From: Bacteroidota bacterium
GTDB taxonomy: Bacteria > Bacteroidota > Ignavibacteria > Kapaibacteriales > DASPKH01
Direction: 5' to 3'
Assembly (NCBI GenBank): GCA_040386315.1
Contig: JAZKFS010000017.1
Coordinates: 19,251 to 83,250, forward strand
DNA: 64,000 nt
The translations under genes and the position numbers were made by a program. Position 1 is the first letter of the stretch, and every line of letters begins with the position of its first letter. Below are positions 18,222-29,189 of this stretch, one piece after another. Below the pieces are notes generated by a model. That model was given only the letters and a program-made list of their open reading frames with translations, made no database searches and was not told where the DNA came from.

Positions 18222-20060
18222 CTAATTCAAGTTAAGCTTTTGCACATAACGATGTTTTTCGGAAGTAAATACAACGATGACAACGCCTTTTGGCAGATGT
18301 TGAAGCGGAATTGCGGAATTGCCCAAAGACGTAATATCGAGCTGCTGTAGCAGGCGGCCATTCAGATCGTAAAAGCTCAATTGTCCGGGTTTAGTAAATT
18401 CGCTATTAAAAGTAAGCTGATCTTTGGCCTGGTTAAGGAATACCGTAAGTTGCTCTGTATCAGGTTCTGACAAAATCCCTGTGAAAAAATCTACGGAATC
18501 CACTACTACAAACTGGTGCATCATACTTGTATCTTCGTGAGGAAGAATATGGCAATGATACATATAGCTTTCCTCGGCCATCAATGGGCTTGGGAAGAAA
18601 TCGAAACGTGCTTCAAAGACCATGGTGGCGTTGGCACGGATGAGCTGTACGTCCTTATACCCGATTAGTTCATCCGGCAAATTTGGATACGTATATGTCT
18701 TGACCGTCGTATCGGTCCCCATCATACCCTTATATTCTACTATCTGAAATTGTACTTTGTGAATGTGGAAGGGATGCGCATTACCTGTCTCGTTGATAAT
18801 GGTCCAGCGTTCTTTTGTATTGACCAGAACGGTGTCATTGATCATCATCATATCCATTGGAATGCTGTCAATTGTCCACATGGTGCCGTGCCCGCTACTC
18901 TGTCCGGAACCGCCCATGAGGCGTTTTGTCCGCTCTTTGAATACAGGGCCGGGAGCAAGCGAGTATGATGGTAATAGCGTAGCAGGAATCGAAGTGACCG
19001 GATCAGCGGACGAGAGAGAATGATCCACTACAAAAGCCATCAAAGCATTGCCGGGAGTTGTGCCATAATTGGCATCAGCCGGTACTGGGAGGTTGCTCAT
19101 ATAAACAGTATCACCATTTGCATAGACAGAGAAGTCTATTACAAACTCCCGGCGGTCTCCGGTTGACATGAGCGTGGTCTTTACCTGACGGGGTTTGTCA
19201 ATGTAGCCGCCGCCGGTAGCTATCATGTTCATATCAGCAAAAGTAGTTGGATTTTTAAACTGGGTTGATAATCCGATATTAAACATTTTGCGGGCTGAGC
19301 CATTTAAGATTCTCAAACGTATCATTTCCGGGGCTACGCGCAAAACACCACCCACGACACCGTTAATGAGTGTATATGGACCATTCCCCGGTTTACCGCC
19401 GGCCTGTATAGCAATTGCCGTAGGCGGTTTCGTAGTGGTATCCAATACAAATCCCTTATCCTGAATGACGATAGGGAAATCATTTACACCATAGCTGTGC
19501 GGTAAAAGTTTTTCTAATGGGTCAGTTGTATCCTGCACAATGATCAGCCCGGCTAAACCCCGTACTACCTGATCAGTTGTCTGGTCCATCAGGTGAGTGT
19601 GATACCAGACTGTTTGTGCATTATCAATGAGAGTAAAGTCAGGAGTCCAGTTGCCACCATTGAGAATTATCTCATGCGGCCCTCCGTCCATCATAGCAGG
19701 TATATTGAGGCCGTGCCAATGCACTGTAGTATTTATACCAGATGGAAGATTGTTTTTAAAATTAAAATCAAGCTCTGCCCCTTTATTGAAGATAAGAGTA
19801 GGGCCGAGGTAAGTCATGCCATTTTTTCCCGACTGATTGTAGCAGTAAGCAGGAAGCGAAACGTTGAGATTAATGTCTGTTTGAAAGCCATTCGGATCAA
19901 AGTTGTGCGTGGCACTACCAATATCAATCGCAAAAGAATTTCCTGTCATCAGGTAGGGAGTCGGTATAGGGTTGCGGAAATTCTGTGCATTACTGCCCGA
20001 AGTCATAGAGAATAGTACTGCAAGACATAGCAGATGCATTAAGTAAAAATTTTTCTTCAT
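18222..20060 (-). CDS. Multicopper oxidase (laccase-like) with T9SS C-terminal sorting domain
   Basis: Copper-ligand motifs TVHWHG and HCHILPHED…MM; signal peptide; C-terminal about 80 aa resemble a Por secretion tail. Confidence 0.85.
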   Translation of the reverse strand: MKKNFYLMHLLCLAVLFSMTSGSNAQNFRNPIPTPYLMTGNSFAIDIGSATHNFDPNGFQTDINLNVSLPAYCYNQSGKNGMTYLGPTLIFNKGAELDFNFKNNLPSGINTTVHWHGLNIPAMMDGGPHEIILNGGNWTPDFTLIDNAQTVWYHTHLMDQTTDQVVRGLAGLIIVQDTTDPLEKLLPHSYGVNDFPIVIQDKGFVLDTTTKPPTAIAIQAGGKPGNGPYTLINGVVGGVLRVAPEMIRLRILNGSARKMFNIGLSTQFKNPTTFADMNMIATGGGYIDKPRQVKTTLMSTGDRREFVIDFSVYANGDTVYMSNLPVPADANYGTTPGNALMAFVVDHSLSSADPVTSIPATLLPSYSLAPGPVFKERTKRLMGGSGQSSGHGTMWTIDSIPMDMMMINDTVLVNTKERWTIINETGNAHPFHIHKVQFQIVEYKGMMGTDTTVKTYTYPNLPDELIGYKDVQLIRANATMVFEARFDFFPSPLMAEESYMYHCHILPHEDTSMMHQFVVVDSVDFFTGILSEPDTEQLTVFLNQAKDQLTFNSEFTKPGQLSFYDLNGRLLQQLDITSLGNSAIPLQHLPKGVVIVVFTSEKHRYVQKLNLN

Positions 20061-20383
20061 AAAAATTGCTCCTGGTGAATGTGATGAATGGAAAATACAT
20101 TACATTTCTATCGATTGATAAAAGCATAAATTCTATTAAAATGTAACTTAACTTAGATAAATATTCCGATTTTACCAAAAAAAGAATGTATTGAAATGTG
20201 TAATGCGGTACCGATATCCGGTATAACCGGGAACTCCCCGTAAGTAGGCACCTCTAACCCTTTATGCTTCATATGTATATCAGCAAGGGATCAATCAAAG
20301 CGATCCAAAGCCCGACGGATAAAATCACCTTTTAAAAAACAAAAAAGCCGGGGTTCTTTTTAAAAAACTTCCGGCTTTAAAAA

Positions 20384-20977
20384 CTACGGCGTTACCTTCC
20401 CATATTTTAAATGCACGATTTTCGGTTTATCAGCATGCAAACTTGCAATAAACAAATTATCATACTGGCTTTCCGCGATCTGCACGACGAACGAATTATT
20501 GCTGAAGCTTTTTAAAAGCTCGGGAATCGTATTTGAGTGCCCGACGACAACTGCTGTTTTGCCCTTGTTTTCAGCTTTTACCTTATTGGCTAATTGAGCA
20601 GCGGAAATATTGGCGTCGTATTCAATTGCTGTAAGGCCTTTGCTTTCGGCGAGTTGCGTTATGGTTTGGCGCGTGCGGTTGAAAGGTGTTGTGTAGATAT
20701 TACTGACGGTGACATTGCTGAGAATGCGGGTAAGTTCTTGCGCGCGGAGCTGTCCGTCAGCGTTTAAAATTGGATCAGCGCCTTGTGAGTCTTTCTCGGC
20801 GTGGCGAAGGAGAATTACTGTTGTCAGCGTATCGTCAATTATATTTGGGATTGAAACTGTATCGTGGATTGTAATAGTTACGGTATCACGCTCAATCACA
20901 GTATTTGTAACAGTTTCCGTGCAGGAAGCTGTGAAAATGGAAAATACGATAAGAAGTGCAGGAATAATGATGTGCAT
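20384..20977 (-). CDS. Histidine phosphatase (phosphoglycerate-mutase-like) family protein, secreted
   Basis: RHG motif (VILLRHAEKD), later GHSNT; signal peptide. Confidence 0.7.
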   Translation of the reverse strand: MHIIIPALLIVFSIFTASCTETVTNTVIERDTVTITIHDTVSIPNIIDDTLTTVILLRHAEKDSQGADPILNADGQLRAQELTRILSNVTVSNIYTTPFNRTRQTITQLAESKGLTAIEYDANISAAQLANKVKAENKGKTAVVVGHSNTIPELLKSFSNNSFVVQIAESQYDNLFIASLHADKPKIVHLKYGKVTP

Positions 20978-20992
20978 GGTTTTAAAAGGTTT

Positions 20993-21370
20993 CTAAATCA
21001 ATGAATATTTATTTATAAGTATTAAAAATATAAGAAACATCAAAATATGAATCATGATGCTGATACCAACTTCTTTTCGACGAAAAAATCTTGCAATATC
21101 TATAATGAGTAGAAGCCAGATAACGAACGGCCATAGCATGATCAGTAGTGCCCCTAATCCCGGAGTGCAAGGTCCGGAGGGCGAAAGATTTTCTAATATT
21201 AACGCAAGTACAAAGTATACGGCGTAGGACAAACCTGTAAAAAGTGCATTTCGGGTTTTACCATTAAAGCCGGTAAATATCCTGCCTAAAGCATGTTTTA
21301 TCATTGATGCATTTTCCTGTATTATCCAAAATAGTTGTATTTCGAGATAACTAATTGTACGAATATACAT
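20993..21370 (-). CDS. Small integral membrane protein, hypothetical
   Basis: 125-aa ORF with 3-4 hydrophobic helices. Confidence 0.4.
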   Translation of the reverse strand: MYIRTISYLEIQLFWIIQENASMIKHALGRIFTGFNGKTRNALFTGLSYAVYFVLALILENLSPSGPCTPGLGALLIMLWPFVIWLLLIIDIARFFRRKEVGISIMIHILMFLIFLILINKYSLI

Positions 21371-21473
21371 TGAAATTGGACGAGTAACATTTACTTTTTA
21401 AAAACAAAAAAGCCGAAGTCTTTTTTAAAGATCTCGGCTTTATAAATATCCTGAAAATTTACCCTTTTATAAT

Positions 21474-22103
21474 TTAATCCTTTAATAAATAATCACTAGG
21501 AAATGTAAAATCTGCTGGTTTTAGTTCTAGAGTTGACACTTCAATTGCAGTTGAAGTCCATACATATCCATTTTTTTTATTTGTAAGAATAAATTTTAAT
21601 GGCAAGGCTCCATTCGTTGCTTCTAAATATTGATTCCAGCTTCCAAAACTGTGTTTTTCAAATTTTTTAGAATCTGTTTTAATTGATGGATTAAAGTAAT
21701 AGATAGTTGAAGAATTGTCATTCTCAATTCGTATTGATTCACATTCGTAACCAGCAATAGTTTCCTTCGTGTCTAACTTCATTACTGTGGATAATGTAGA
21801 GGTTTGTAAAGCTCCATCAAATCTTTTAGCTGTTTTATCCTTTTTAAAAGAATAATAACTATTGCTTTCACTATTATAAAGTTGCGTCCATGAATTATTT
21901 TCATCATAAGCTTTATAATTTGTATTATTTATAAAGTAGTGCTGTTCATGCCCAAAATAAGGAGCAAGTTTATCTGTAATATTATTTCCTTCCAAATCTA
22001 CAAACGAGAATTTATAAAGGATTTTGCCAACAAAAAAATCCTTCTCTTCTGTAAATGAAGATAATGCTAAAATTAAAAAGGAAAATATGAAAATTTTTTT
22101 CAT
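21474..22103 (-). CDS. Hypothetical secreted protein
   Basis: Signal peptide MKKIFIFSFLILALSSF; terminator hairpin at 21406-21445. Confidence 0.5.
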   Translation of the reverse strand: MKKIFIFSFLILALSSFTEEKDFFVGKILYKFSFVDLEGNNITDKLAPYFGHEQHYFINNTNYKAYDENNSWTQLYNSESNSYYSFKKDKTAKRFDGALQTSTLSTVMKLDTKETIAGYECESIRIENDNSSTIYYFNPSIKTDSKKFEKHSFGSWNQYLEATNGALPLKFILTNKKNGYVWTSTAIEVSTLELKPADFTFPSDYLLKD

Positions 22104-22232
22104 AGAGTTTAAAGTATTGAAATGAACTTAACTTAGTACCAGTTTATAAAATTAACGACAATCAGGTCAAAAAACAAAAAGCCATAGTTTTTTAAAAACT
22201 ACGGCTTTAAAAATAATTTCTTTTAAAAACTA

Positions 22233-23978
22233 TTATGCTTCTTTTATGTCAATTTTTAAACCTTTGATCTGCGAATTTTTCATTACACGCATTACGTCTT
22301 TAGCAACGTCTTTTGGAACGTCAACAGTTGAGAATTTTTCGTGAATTTCAATTGCACCGATCATTTTTCCGGGCAAACCGGTTTCACCGGCTACTGCGCC
22401 AAGGATGTCTTTAGCACGGATCTTTTTGTTATCACCGATATTGATCGCGAGGCGTACCATATTTTCGTCGCCTTCGCGGGTTTCACGGCGTGGCCTGCGT
22501 TCGCGCATTTCGCGTCCGCCTGATGAGGATTCGCGTCCACGGCTCCCACCGCTGTCACGTCCGCCTCTGCCGCCACTATCACGTCCGCCGCGTCCACCTG
22601 AATCACGTCCGTAACCGCCGTCGCGGTCATTAGAGGCGCGACGCTCATTATACTGGCTTTCCATTGCGATCGTATCTTCTTTTTCATTTGAGCCAATGCT
22701 CATTTTAATAAGTGCAGCAGCCACGTCAACCGTGTTGCATTCCTCACCGTCCATGAAATTTTCCACCATCTGCGTGTATTTTTCCAAACCGCCTTCTGCA
22801 ATCACTCCTTTGACTTTTTCAAAGAAAAGTGTTACACGGTTTTTTTCTACGTCGCTGTATGTTGGAATTGTTTCGCGTGGGATTTTCGTCTTAGTGTAGC
22901 GCTGAATGTCGTTCAGCTTATAAAAATCACGCGGCCCGACGAACGTAAATGCACGTCCTGAGCGTCCGGCGCGTCCTGTACGGCCGATACGGTGAACGTA
23001 TGATTCTTCATCCTGCGGAACGTCGTAATTGAAAACTGCCTCAACATCGTCTACGTCAATACCGCGCGCTGCAACGTCTGTCGCCACAAGCAATTCAACC
23101 TGTCCGCTGCGGAATTTTTTCATCACCTGGTCGCGCTGCGCCTGGCGAAGATCACCATGAAGCCCGTCAGCTGAATAGCCGCGCGCCTGAAGGTGATTGA
23201 TCACTTCTTCAACTACACGTTTCGTATTACAGAATACAAGCGCAAGTTTGATGTTGTGCAGATCTACGATACGCGAAAGCACTTCCGGCTTGTCACGGTC
23301 GCGCACTTCAAAGTACGACTGATCAATTTTTGGAATAGTCAGTTGTGTGTGCTCAACTTTAACGTGCTCAGGATTGTTCTGATATTTTTTCGTCAGGTCA
23401 AGGATCGGTTTCGCCATTGTCGCCGAGAAAAATACCGTTTGGCGTTCTTTTGGTGTTTCTTTTAAAATCGTTTCGATGTCATCGCGGAAGCCCATGTCGA
23501 GCATTTCGTCCGCTTCATCGAGAACGACCATTTTAATATTTTCAAGTTTTAAGGTCTTGCGCTGGATGTGGTCCATCACGCGTCCGGGAGTTCCAATTAC
23601 GACATGTACGCCGCGATATAAACCCGAAATCTGGCGCTCAATAGACTGCCCGCCATAGATCGGCAGAAGCGAAACACCTTTTTTGTGGCGCGCCAGTTTT
23701 GAAATTTCTTCCGCAACCTGGATAGCAAGTTCTCGCGTCGGGCAAAGAACAATTGCCTGAACGTGGCGCTTTGTAACGTCGAGCATTTCCAGAATTGGAA
23801 TACCGAATGCCGCTGTTTTTCCTGTGCCGGTTTGTGCCTGACCGATTACATCGCCGCCTTTTAAAAGGACTGGAATAGCTGCCGATTGAATGGGTGAAGC
23901 TTCTTCAAAGCCCATTTCGGAAACTGCTTTTAAAACTTCCTTAGAAAGTCCTAATTCATCAAATTTTAATTTTACCAT
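22233..23978 (-). CDS. deaD: DEAD-box ATP-dependent RNA helicase (DeaD/CsdA-like) with RGG-rich linker and DbpA-type C-terminal RNA-binding domain
   Basis: Q-motif, AQTGTGKT, DEAD, SAT and HRIGRTGRAG motifs; GGRGGRDSGG repeats. Confidence 0.9.
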   Translation of the reverse strand: MVKLKFDELGLSKEVLKAVSEMGFEEASPIQSAAIPVLLKGGDVIGQAQTGTGKTAAFGIPILEMLDVTKRHVQAIVLCPTRELAIQVAEEISKLARHKKGVSLLPIYGGQSIERQISGLYRGVHVVIGTPGRVMDHIQRKTLKLENIKMVVLDEADEMLDMGFRDDIETILKETPKERQTVFFSATMAKPILDLTKKYQNNPEHVKVEHTQLTIPKIDQSYFEVRDRDKPEVLSRIVDLHNIKLALVFCNTKRVVEEVINHLQARGYSADGLHGDLRQAQRDQVMKKFRSGQVELLVATDVAARGIDVDDVEAVFNYDVPQDEESYVHRIGRTGRAGRSGRAFTFVGPRDFYKLNDIQRYTKTKIPRETIPTYSDVEKNRVTLFFEKVKGVIAEGGLEKYTQMVENFMDGEECNTVDVAAALIKMSIGSNEKEDTIAMESQYNERRASNDRDGGYGRDSGGRGGRDSGGRGGRDSGGSRGRESSSGGREMRERRPRRETREGDENMVRLAINIGDNKKIRAKDILGAVAGETGLPGKMIGAIEIHEKFSTVDVPKDVAKDVMRVMKNSQIKGLKIDIKEA

Positions 23979-24134
23979 GTTTTTTACTCTACTCTAAATG
24001 GAGGTATCGTCATTCGTCGGGGCAGGAAAATCGACTAGGGAAAATCTGCGGCTTGGCGTCTAACGGTGAATTCTTTAAAAAAGCCATTGACTCGCCACCT
24101 GCGAACTTATTGTTTATTCTTTTTAAAAAGAAAT

Positions 24135-24167
24135 AACAACCCGGCCATTTTACATAACCGGGTTGTT
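24135..24167 (-). terminator. Terminator hairpin aacaacccgg…ccgggttgtt
   Basis: Perfect 10-bp stem; T-rich tail on the minus strand; just downstream of the transporter-like gene. Confidence 0.6.
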
Positions 24168-24184
24168 TAAAAAGTTTTTAAAAC

Positions 24185-26149
24185 TTATCCACCAACGTGG
24201 ACAGATGGACGGCGCTCGGACTCCGGCTCTGCCTGGCGGAGAACTTCCCTTGTAACAGGCGCAGTATCACCTTCGCCAAACGCGACATATTTCATCATGT
24301 GCGTAATCGGATTTCCTTCAGTCCAGCCAAAATAAATATGCGGAATCTGACCGGTTTTGTCACGCAGGTAGAGCATAAAAGCGGCAATTGCATTTGGAAC
24401 AGCTGAGCTTTCCGCACGTAACACTTTAAAACCGTCAATTTCTGTACCGCATACTTTTAAAACCCCGGTGAAAGTCGAAGCATCTGCCACGCTTACTTCA
24501 AAGAAAAGCACGTCGTCGGTCATCGGAATGTGGTTGTCCTCACGTTTTCCTTTTTCTTTAAAAGCGTATTCTTTTGCATCGCCCTTGTCCTTGCGATTGG
24601 CAATAATTCGGATTGGGCCGTGTGCTACGGACTGGATAAGACGTTGTGCCTCATCATCCACTTCAATTGTATCAACGCGAAGTTCAGTTGACCGCATTAC
24701 ACGAGAAATAAGCGAGAAGAGAATAATTGCCCCGACAAAAATCAGCGCAATAACCAAACCGTCAGGCCGCTCAATAATATTTGTAATGGTCGTATAGGCA
24801 AAAACAAGCGCAATAAGTATAAACCCCCATTTTAAAAAAGTACTGCCGCCGCGTTTCCATTGCGACAGGGCCACGGCTACGGCGGCTGAGGTCATGAGTA
24901 CCAATACACCGGTAGCATACGCACTGCCCTGGGCATCAACATCTGCCTGGAAAATAATGGTGACAAGAAATGCAATTCCCGTAAAAACTACCACGAGAGG
25001 GCGGATAGCACGTGCCCATTCAGGCGCCATACCGTAGCGCGGAAGGTAGCGCGGCACAATGTTTAAAAGCCCTGCCATCGCCGACGATCCGGCAAACCAC
25101 AGGATCATAATGGTACTTATATCGTAAAACGTTCCGAAAAAATCGCCAAGCAAGGTATGCGCCAGATATGCCAGAGCCCGCCCGTTTGCCTCACCGCCTT
25201 TAGCAAATTCAGCAGCAGGGATAAGGGTAGTCGTGATAAGACTACTGAGAATAAGCGCAACACTCATTATCAAGGCAGCAGATTTTAAAAGCTTTTTTGT
25301 ATTGCGGATACGCGCTTCCGGTTTCGCCGGATCATCGCCGGGCGCACCCTGCACAAGTGGCATCACAGCTACCCCGGTTTCAAAACCGGAAAGCCCGAGC
25401 GCCAGCTTTGGAAAGAGCAGCATCGAAAGCCCCACCATTGCGAGTGGATTACCGTGGCTCTGAAATAATTTTCCTGTCCAGTTGCTGAGTACGTCCGGAT
25501 GCGTGATCATGTGATACATGCCAACCGATAAAACAACAGCATTTAAAAACAAGTACATCACTACCAGCACAACAGCCAGCCCGATCGCTTCTTTAAAACC
25601 TTTTAAAAAGACTAAACCGAGAAATAAAACCAGCGCAAGGGTAATAATAACAGGATGATGCAGGAATCCTACATCCTTCGCAAAAGGGTTTTCTATAATA
25701 TGCGCCGTAGCATCAGCCGCCGACAGCGTAATGGTAATAATAAAATCAGTCGCCACAAACCCCAGCAGCACCAGTACAAATAATTTTCCTTTCCAGCGTG
25801 GAAGTAATGCCTCCAACATGGAAATAGAACCCTCGCCGTGCGGACTCTCTTCCGCCACCCGCCCATACACCGGCAATGCCGCAAACAGCGTCAGCAGCAC
25901 CAGGATAAAAGTAGCGATCGGCGAAAGAATCCCCGCGGCAAGAAATGCAATACCGGGCTGATAGCCCAGCGTCGAAAAATAATCCACACCCGTCAGGCAC
26001 ATCACTTTCCACCACGGATGCTCGTGATGGCTGTTCTCTTTTTCATACGGCCCTTCAGGTTCCTTTACCTGGCCCTCCAGGAACCACTTTTTAAAACCCG
26101 TATGGATTTTTACAGGTTTGTCTTTATGCGTACTAATTACTTCTACCAT
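24185..26149 (-). CDS. Polytopic membrane protein, putative APC-superfamily-like permease with a C-terminal cytoplasmic domain
   Basis: About 12 hydrophobic helices followed by a 200-aa soluble tail; family assignment by resemblance only. Confidence 0.4.
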   Translation of the reverse strand: MVEVISTHKDKPVKIHTGFKKWFLEGQVKEPEGPYEKENSHHEHPWWKVMCLTGVDYFSTLGYQPGIAFLAAGILSPIATFILVLLTLFAALPVYGRVAEESPHGEGSISMLEALLPRWKGKLFVLVLLGFVATDFIITITLSAADATAHIIENPFAKDVGFLHHPVIITLALVLFLGLVFLKGFKEAIGLAVVLVVMYLFLNAVVLSVGMYHMITHPDVLSNWTGKLFQSHGNPLAMVGLSMLLFPKLALGLSGFETGVAVMPLVQGAPGDDPAKPEARIRNTKKLLKSAALIMSVALILSSLITTTLIPAAEFAKGGEANGRALAYLAHTLLGDFFGTFYDISTIMILWFAGSSAMAGLLNIVPRYLPRYGMAPEWARAIRPLVVVFTGIAFLVTIIFQADVDAQGSAYATGVLVLMTSAAVAVALSQWKRGGSTFLKWGFILIALVFAYTTITNIIERPDGLVIALIFVGAIILFSLISRVMRSTELRVDTIEVDDEAQRLIQSVAHGPIRIIANRKDKGDAKEYAFKEKGKREDNHIPMTDDVLFFEVSVADASTFTGVLKVCGTEIDGFKVLRAESSAVPNAIAAFMLYLRDKTGQIPHIYFGWTEGNPITHMMKYVAFGEGDTAPVTREVLRQAEPESERRPSVHVGG

Positions 26150-26297
26150 CAGTTTTTAAAACCTTCCATTTTTCTGTAACAATATTAATTGTAATGCTTT
26201 TAAAAAGTTTTAAAAGTTTACAATACATTTCAAAATTACTATAAATACTATTCTATTATATAAAATCTTTTTAAAAGTAACCTCACTTTTTAAAACC

Positions 26298-26717
26298 TTA
26301 CTTCACAGTCGGCTTTTCGCTTGCTTCGGGGGTACTTTCCTGAATCGCTGCGATTTCCACTTTATCCAGCTTGATCGTAATCCGCAGCCGCGCAAATAAA
26401 CTCATGTACATATTGGCTATCCACACAATGGAAAATAGCGCGATCACAATACCACGCCAGTCATCAAACATCAGCCGGTAACCCGTGATAAACAGGAAAA
26501 ACGCCGTCACATAATGGCTGAAACAGTATTCGCAGGTGAAAAGGTAGAAGAATTTTCTTTGAAGGATATGCTTGCAGCGGTCGCTTTTTTTTATGCAATA
26601 TTCACGCGGCTCGCGGAAGACTTCCTCATGCGTCACTGTCCACGCCACACACGCCACGGGAATCGCCAGGAGAAAAAGGTAGATAACCTGAAGGCCAATA
26701 TCGGAAGTTAGGTGCAT
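26298..26717 (-). CDS. Small membrane protein, hypothetical
   Basis: 139-aa ORF with 4 predicted TM helices. Confidence 0.4.
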   Translation of the reverse strand: MHLTSDIGLQVIYLFLLAIPVACVAWTVTHEEVFREPREYCIKKSDRCKHILQRKFFYLFTCEYCFSHYVTAFFLFITGYRLMFDDWRGIVIALFSIVWIANMYMSLFARLRITIKLDKVEIAAIQESTPEASEKPTVK

Positions 26718-26790
26718 ACGAGCCGAAACATTTAGTTTTAAAAGGTTGTTCCGGCTCGTTTTTTTAAAGGAAGTTTTAAAGAGTGAGTTT

Positions 26791-27555
26791 TTAAAGAGGT
26801 TTTTTCGCCGTCAATAATCTCGTCGGGATAATACGCATAAACCCGCCCCGCGTCTGGTGAATCTCGTGCAGGTCGGCGTCGTGGCACATATCTTCATATT
26901 CATCTGTATTGTGATTATCCAGGATAGCGAGTATTCCACCGGGTTTTAAAACGCGGATAATTTCCTTTACGGCGTGCTTGCGCCCGGCTTCATCATAGAT
27001 CGTATGTAGCGCCCAACCCGACACGATCACATCAAAACTATCGCTCGGAAACGGCAGCTGGCGCGGATCAACACTTTTTAAAACGATTTTACTTTCCGCC
27101 CCCTCGTACTGCGCATTTTTTAAAAGGTTTTTAAAGCTCTCTTCCGGTTTAAAACCATTTTGAATAAAATCAATTCCCGTCACCATTCCGTCAATTAGCT
27201 CCGCAGCAATTGGCACCGTCAGCAAACCCTGCCCGCAGCCAATATCCAGCACTTTTTCATCACCATGCAAATCCAGTTTTAAAAGCAATTTATCGCGCAT
27301 CCGCAGCTTGTGGTAGCGGCTGCCCCACAGCATCAGCCCCGCCGAGCCCAGATACATGATCCCGGTGATAAATCCCGCCGCGCCGCCATAATGCGAAACA
27401 CCCGGATTGCTCTCTCGAAAAACCACAAGCAAAACAGCACCAAGCGCAATAGCAAGCGCCCCGCTGATAAAAAAACGCTTGACGATCTGCGGCGCGTCAA
27501 TGCCGTAATCCGGCTTGGGAAGGTCGTCCTGTGAAATCGGTATCGAATTGTCCAC
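26791..27555 (-). CDS. Class I SAM-dependent methyltransferase with N-terminal membrane anchor
   Basis: Motif I VLDIGCGQGLL, later DVIVSGWALH; TM helix near the N-terminus. Confidence 0.7.
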   Translation of the reverse strand: MDNSIPISQDDLPKPDYGIDAPQIVKRFFISGALAIALGAVLLVVFRESNPGVSHYGGAAGFITGIMYLGSAGLMLWGSRYHKLRMRDKLLLKLDLHGDEKVLDIGCGQGLLTVPIAAELIDGMVTGIDFIQNGFKPEESFKNLLKNAQYEGAESKIVLKSVDPRQLPFPSDSFDVIVSGWALHTIYDEAGRKHAVKEIIRVLKPGGILAILDNHNTDEYEDMCHDADLHEIHQTRGGFMRIIPTRLLTAKKPL

Positions 27556-27642
27556 GTAATCCTTTTAAAAACTGCAACATCATTACTTTTTTAAAATTAT
27601 AGCTTTTTCCAAACTTTAAAAAAGAATTTTTAAAAACTCCTG

Positions 27643-28185
27643 TCAAACCTTTTTGTAAATCTGGGGCAAACGATTAAATTCCTCGCTTTTCCCACGCGCA
27701 ATACTCAGTGTTTTCCAGTTCTCATTTTTCAAATGTTTCCCCAGAAAAACGATCTGCCCGACGTGATACGAATAATGCGAAATTTGCCGGTTAATCGCCT
27801 GCACAACGGTAAATTTCTCGCCGCGAATCGTAATCGTTTTTAAAACATCACCTTCATTCAATTCCGCAACACTTTTTAAAACCACATCCCAGCCGTTTTC
27901 CCACAGTTTTAAAAGATTTTCTTTTGAAAAATCTTCGTCAGTTTCAAACTCGGAATCGCGATTGCGATTCGGTTTTTCGCCGTCGCTCGTGAGAAAATCC
28001 GTCCAGCGCGACACCATATTTCCGTGCAGATGCTTGATAATTATCGCAATCGAATTCGACTCCGCATCCAGCGGTTTTAAAAAGTCTTCATCGTCTAATT
28101 GCACAAATGTCTTATCGCCAAGCGCTTTTATTTTTTGAAATTGTAAAAGCGCGTCTTCCAGAAAATGATGTGCGAGATTCTTCAT
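27643..28185 (-). CDS. DinB/YfiT-like (DUF1572-type) four-helix-bundle protein
   Basis: Length and HxxxH-type pattern (IIKHLHGNMVSRW…HYSYHVGQIV). Confidence 0.5.
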   Translation of the reverse strand: MKNLAHHFLEDALLQFQKIKALGDKTFVQLDDEDFLKPLDAESNSIAIIIKHLHGNMVSRWTDFLTSDGEKPNRNRDSEFETDEDFSKENLLKLWENGWDVVLKSVAELNEGDVLKTITIRGEKFTVVQAINRQISHYSYHVGQIVFLGKHLKNENWKTLSIARGKSEEFNRLPQIYKKV

Positions 28186-28259
28186 GTGATTTGTGACTGG
28201 TAACTCGTGACTCGTCAGTTTCTGTCTTAAAATCTGTGAGATATGAGTAATCCTTAAAA

Positions 28260-29069
28260 TCAGTGATCAAAATTACCTTTTAAAAACTTCACCAAATGTT
28301 TATTAAATTCCTCGACATTCTCCAAATTACTCATGTGGGCCGCATTTTTTAAAACGTGGAGCTCTGACTTTTTAATCAGTTTTTGCATCGAACGTGCATT
28401 TTCCGGCGTCGTGAGTTTGTCTTCCTCGCCAACAAGAATGAGTGTTGGAATAGAGATATTTTTTAAAGATTCTGTTGTATCTGTCCGCGAAGCAAGTGCC
28501 AGGAGCGTTCCGCAAATTGCGGTCGGCGAATTTTTCTCAATAATTTTCCTGACCTTTACAACCGCGTCAGGATTCTTTTTAAAAGTTTTTTCCGCAAAAA
28601 TACTTTTTACAAACGCACGGGCAAAAACTTCCACGCCTTTTTCGCGCACAGATTTCATTGTTTCCGAACGCTTAACTTTTGCTTCATTCGTGTCTGCTTC
28701 GCTTTTTGTATCGCAGAGAATTAATCCTTTAAAACGCTTCGGCTCGCGCTCCACAGCCCGCAGCGCAATATACCCGCCCATGGAAAGCCCGCACAGGATC
28801 ACCTTTTTAAAACCTAATTTGTCGCAAAGCGCAAAAAGGTCGTCTACGAAAATTTCCACGGAATACTGTCCGCTGTCCACTGACGATTTGCCGTGCCCAC
28901 GAATATCAGCCGCAATTGCCTGAAAACCAGCGAGGTTTTTAAAAAGTGCAAGCTGCGAATCCCACATTTTGCGCGAGAAAGGAAATCCGTGGAGGAAAAT
29001 GACAGGCGTTCCTGCTGTATCGCCGGACTGTGAGTATGAGATGGAAATACCGTTTGCTGTGATTTTCAT
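28260..29069 (-). CDS. Alpha/beta-fold hydrolase
   Basis: Nucleophile elbow GLSMGG, HGFPFS oxyanion region, C-terminal His. Confidence 0.8.
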   Translation of the reverse strand: MKITANGISISYSQSGDTAGTPVIFLHGFPFSRKMWDSQLALFKNLAGFQAIAADIRGHGKSSVDSGQYSVEIFVDDLFALCDKLGFKKVILCGLSMGGYIALRAVEREPKRFKGLILCDTKSEADTNEAKVKRSETMKSVREKGVEVFARAFVKSIFAEKTFKKNPDAVVKVRKIIEKNSPTAICGTLLALASRTDTTESLKNISIPTLILVGEEDKLTTPENARSMQKLIKKSELHVLKNAAHMSNLENVEEFNKHLVKFLKGNFDH

Positions 29070-29189
29070 GATCTTTTTAAAAAGCCGTTTTTAAAAAACT
29101 AAACTGAAAATTACAGAAAATTCTTTTAAAAACTTCTATAAAATTGATAAGTTTTCCATTCGAATCGGTGAGCTTTTCAGTTGGTTTCT

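Noticed and set aside
20100-20383. Possible riboswitch or copper-responsive leader upstream of the multicopper oxidase
   Set aside because: No recognisable conserved riboswitch core or convincing paired structure by eye
22391-22696. ORFs 22405..22614 (+) and 22391..22696 (-) with proline- or Ala-rich repeats
   Set aside because: Shadow frames of the deaD RGG-repeat region; the repetitive DNA keeps alternative frames open
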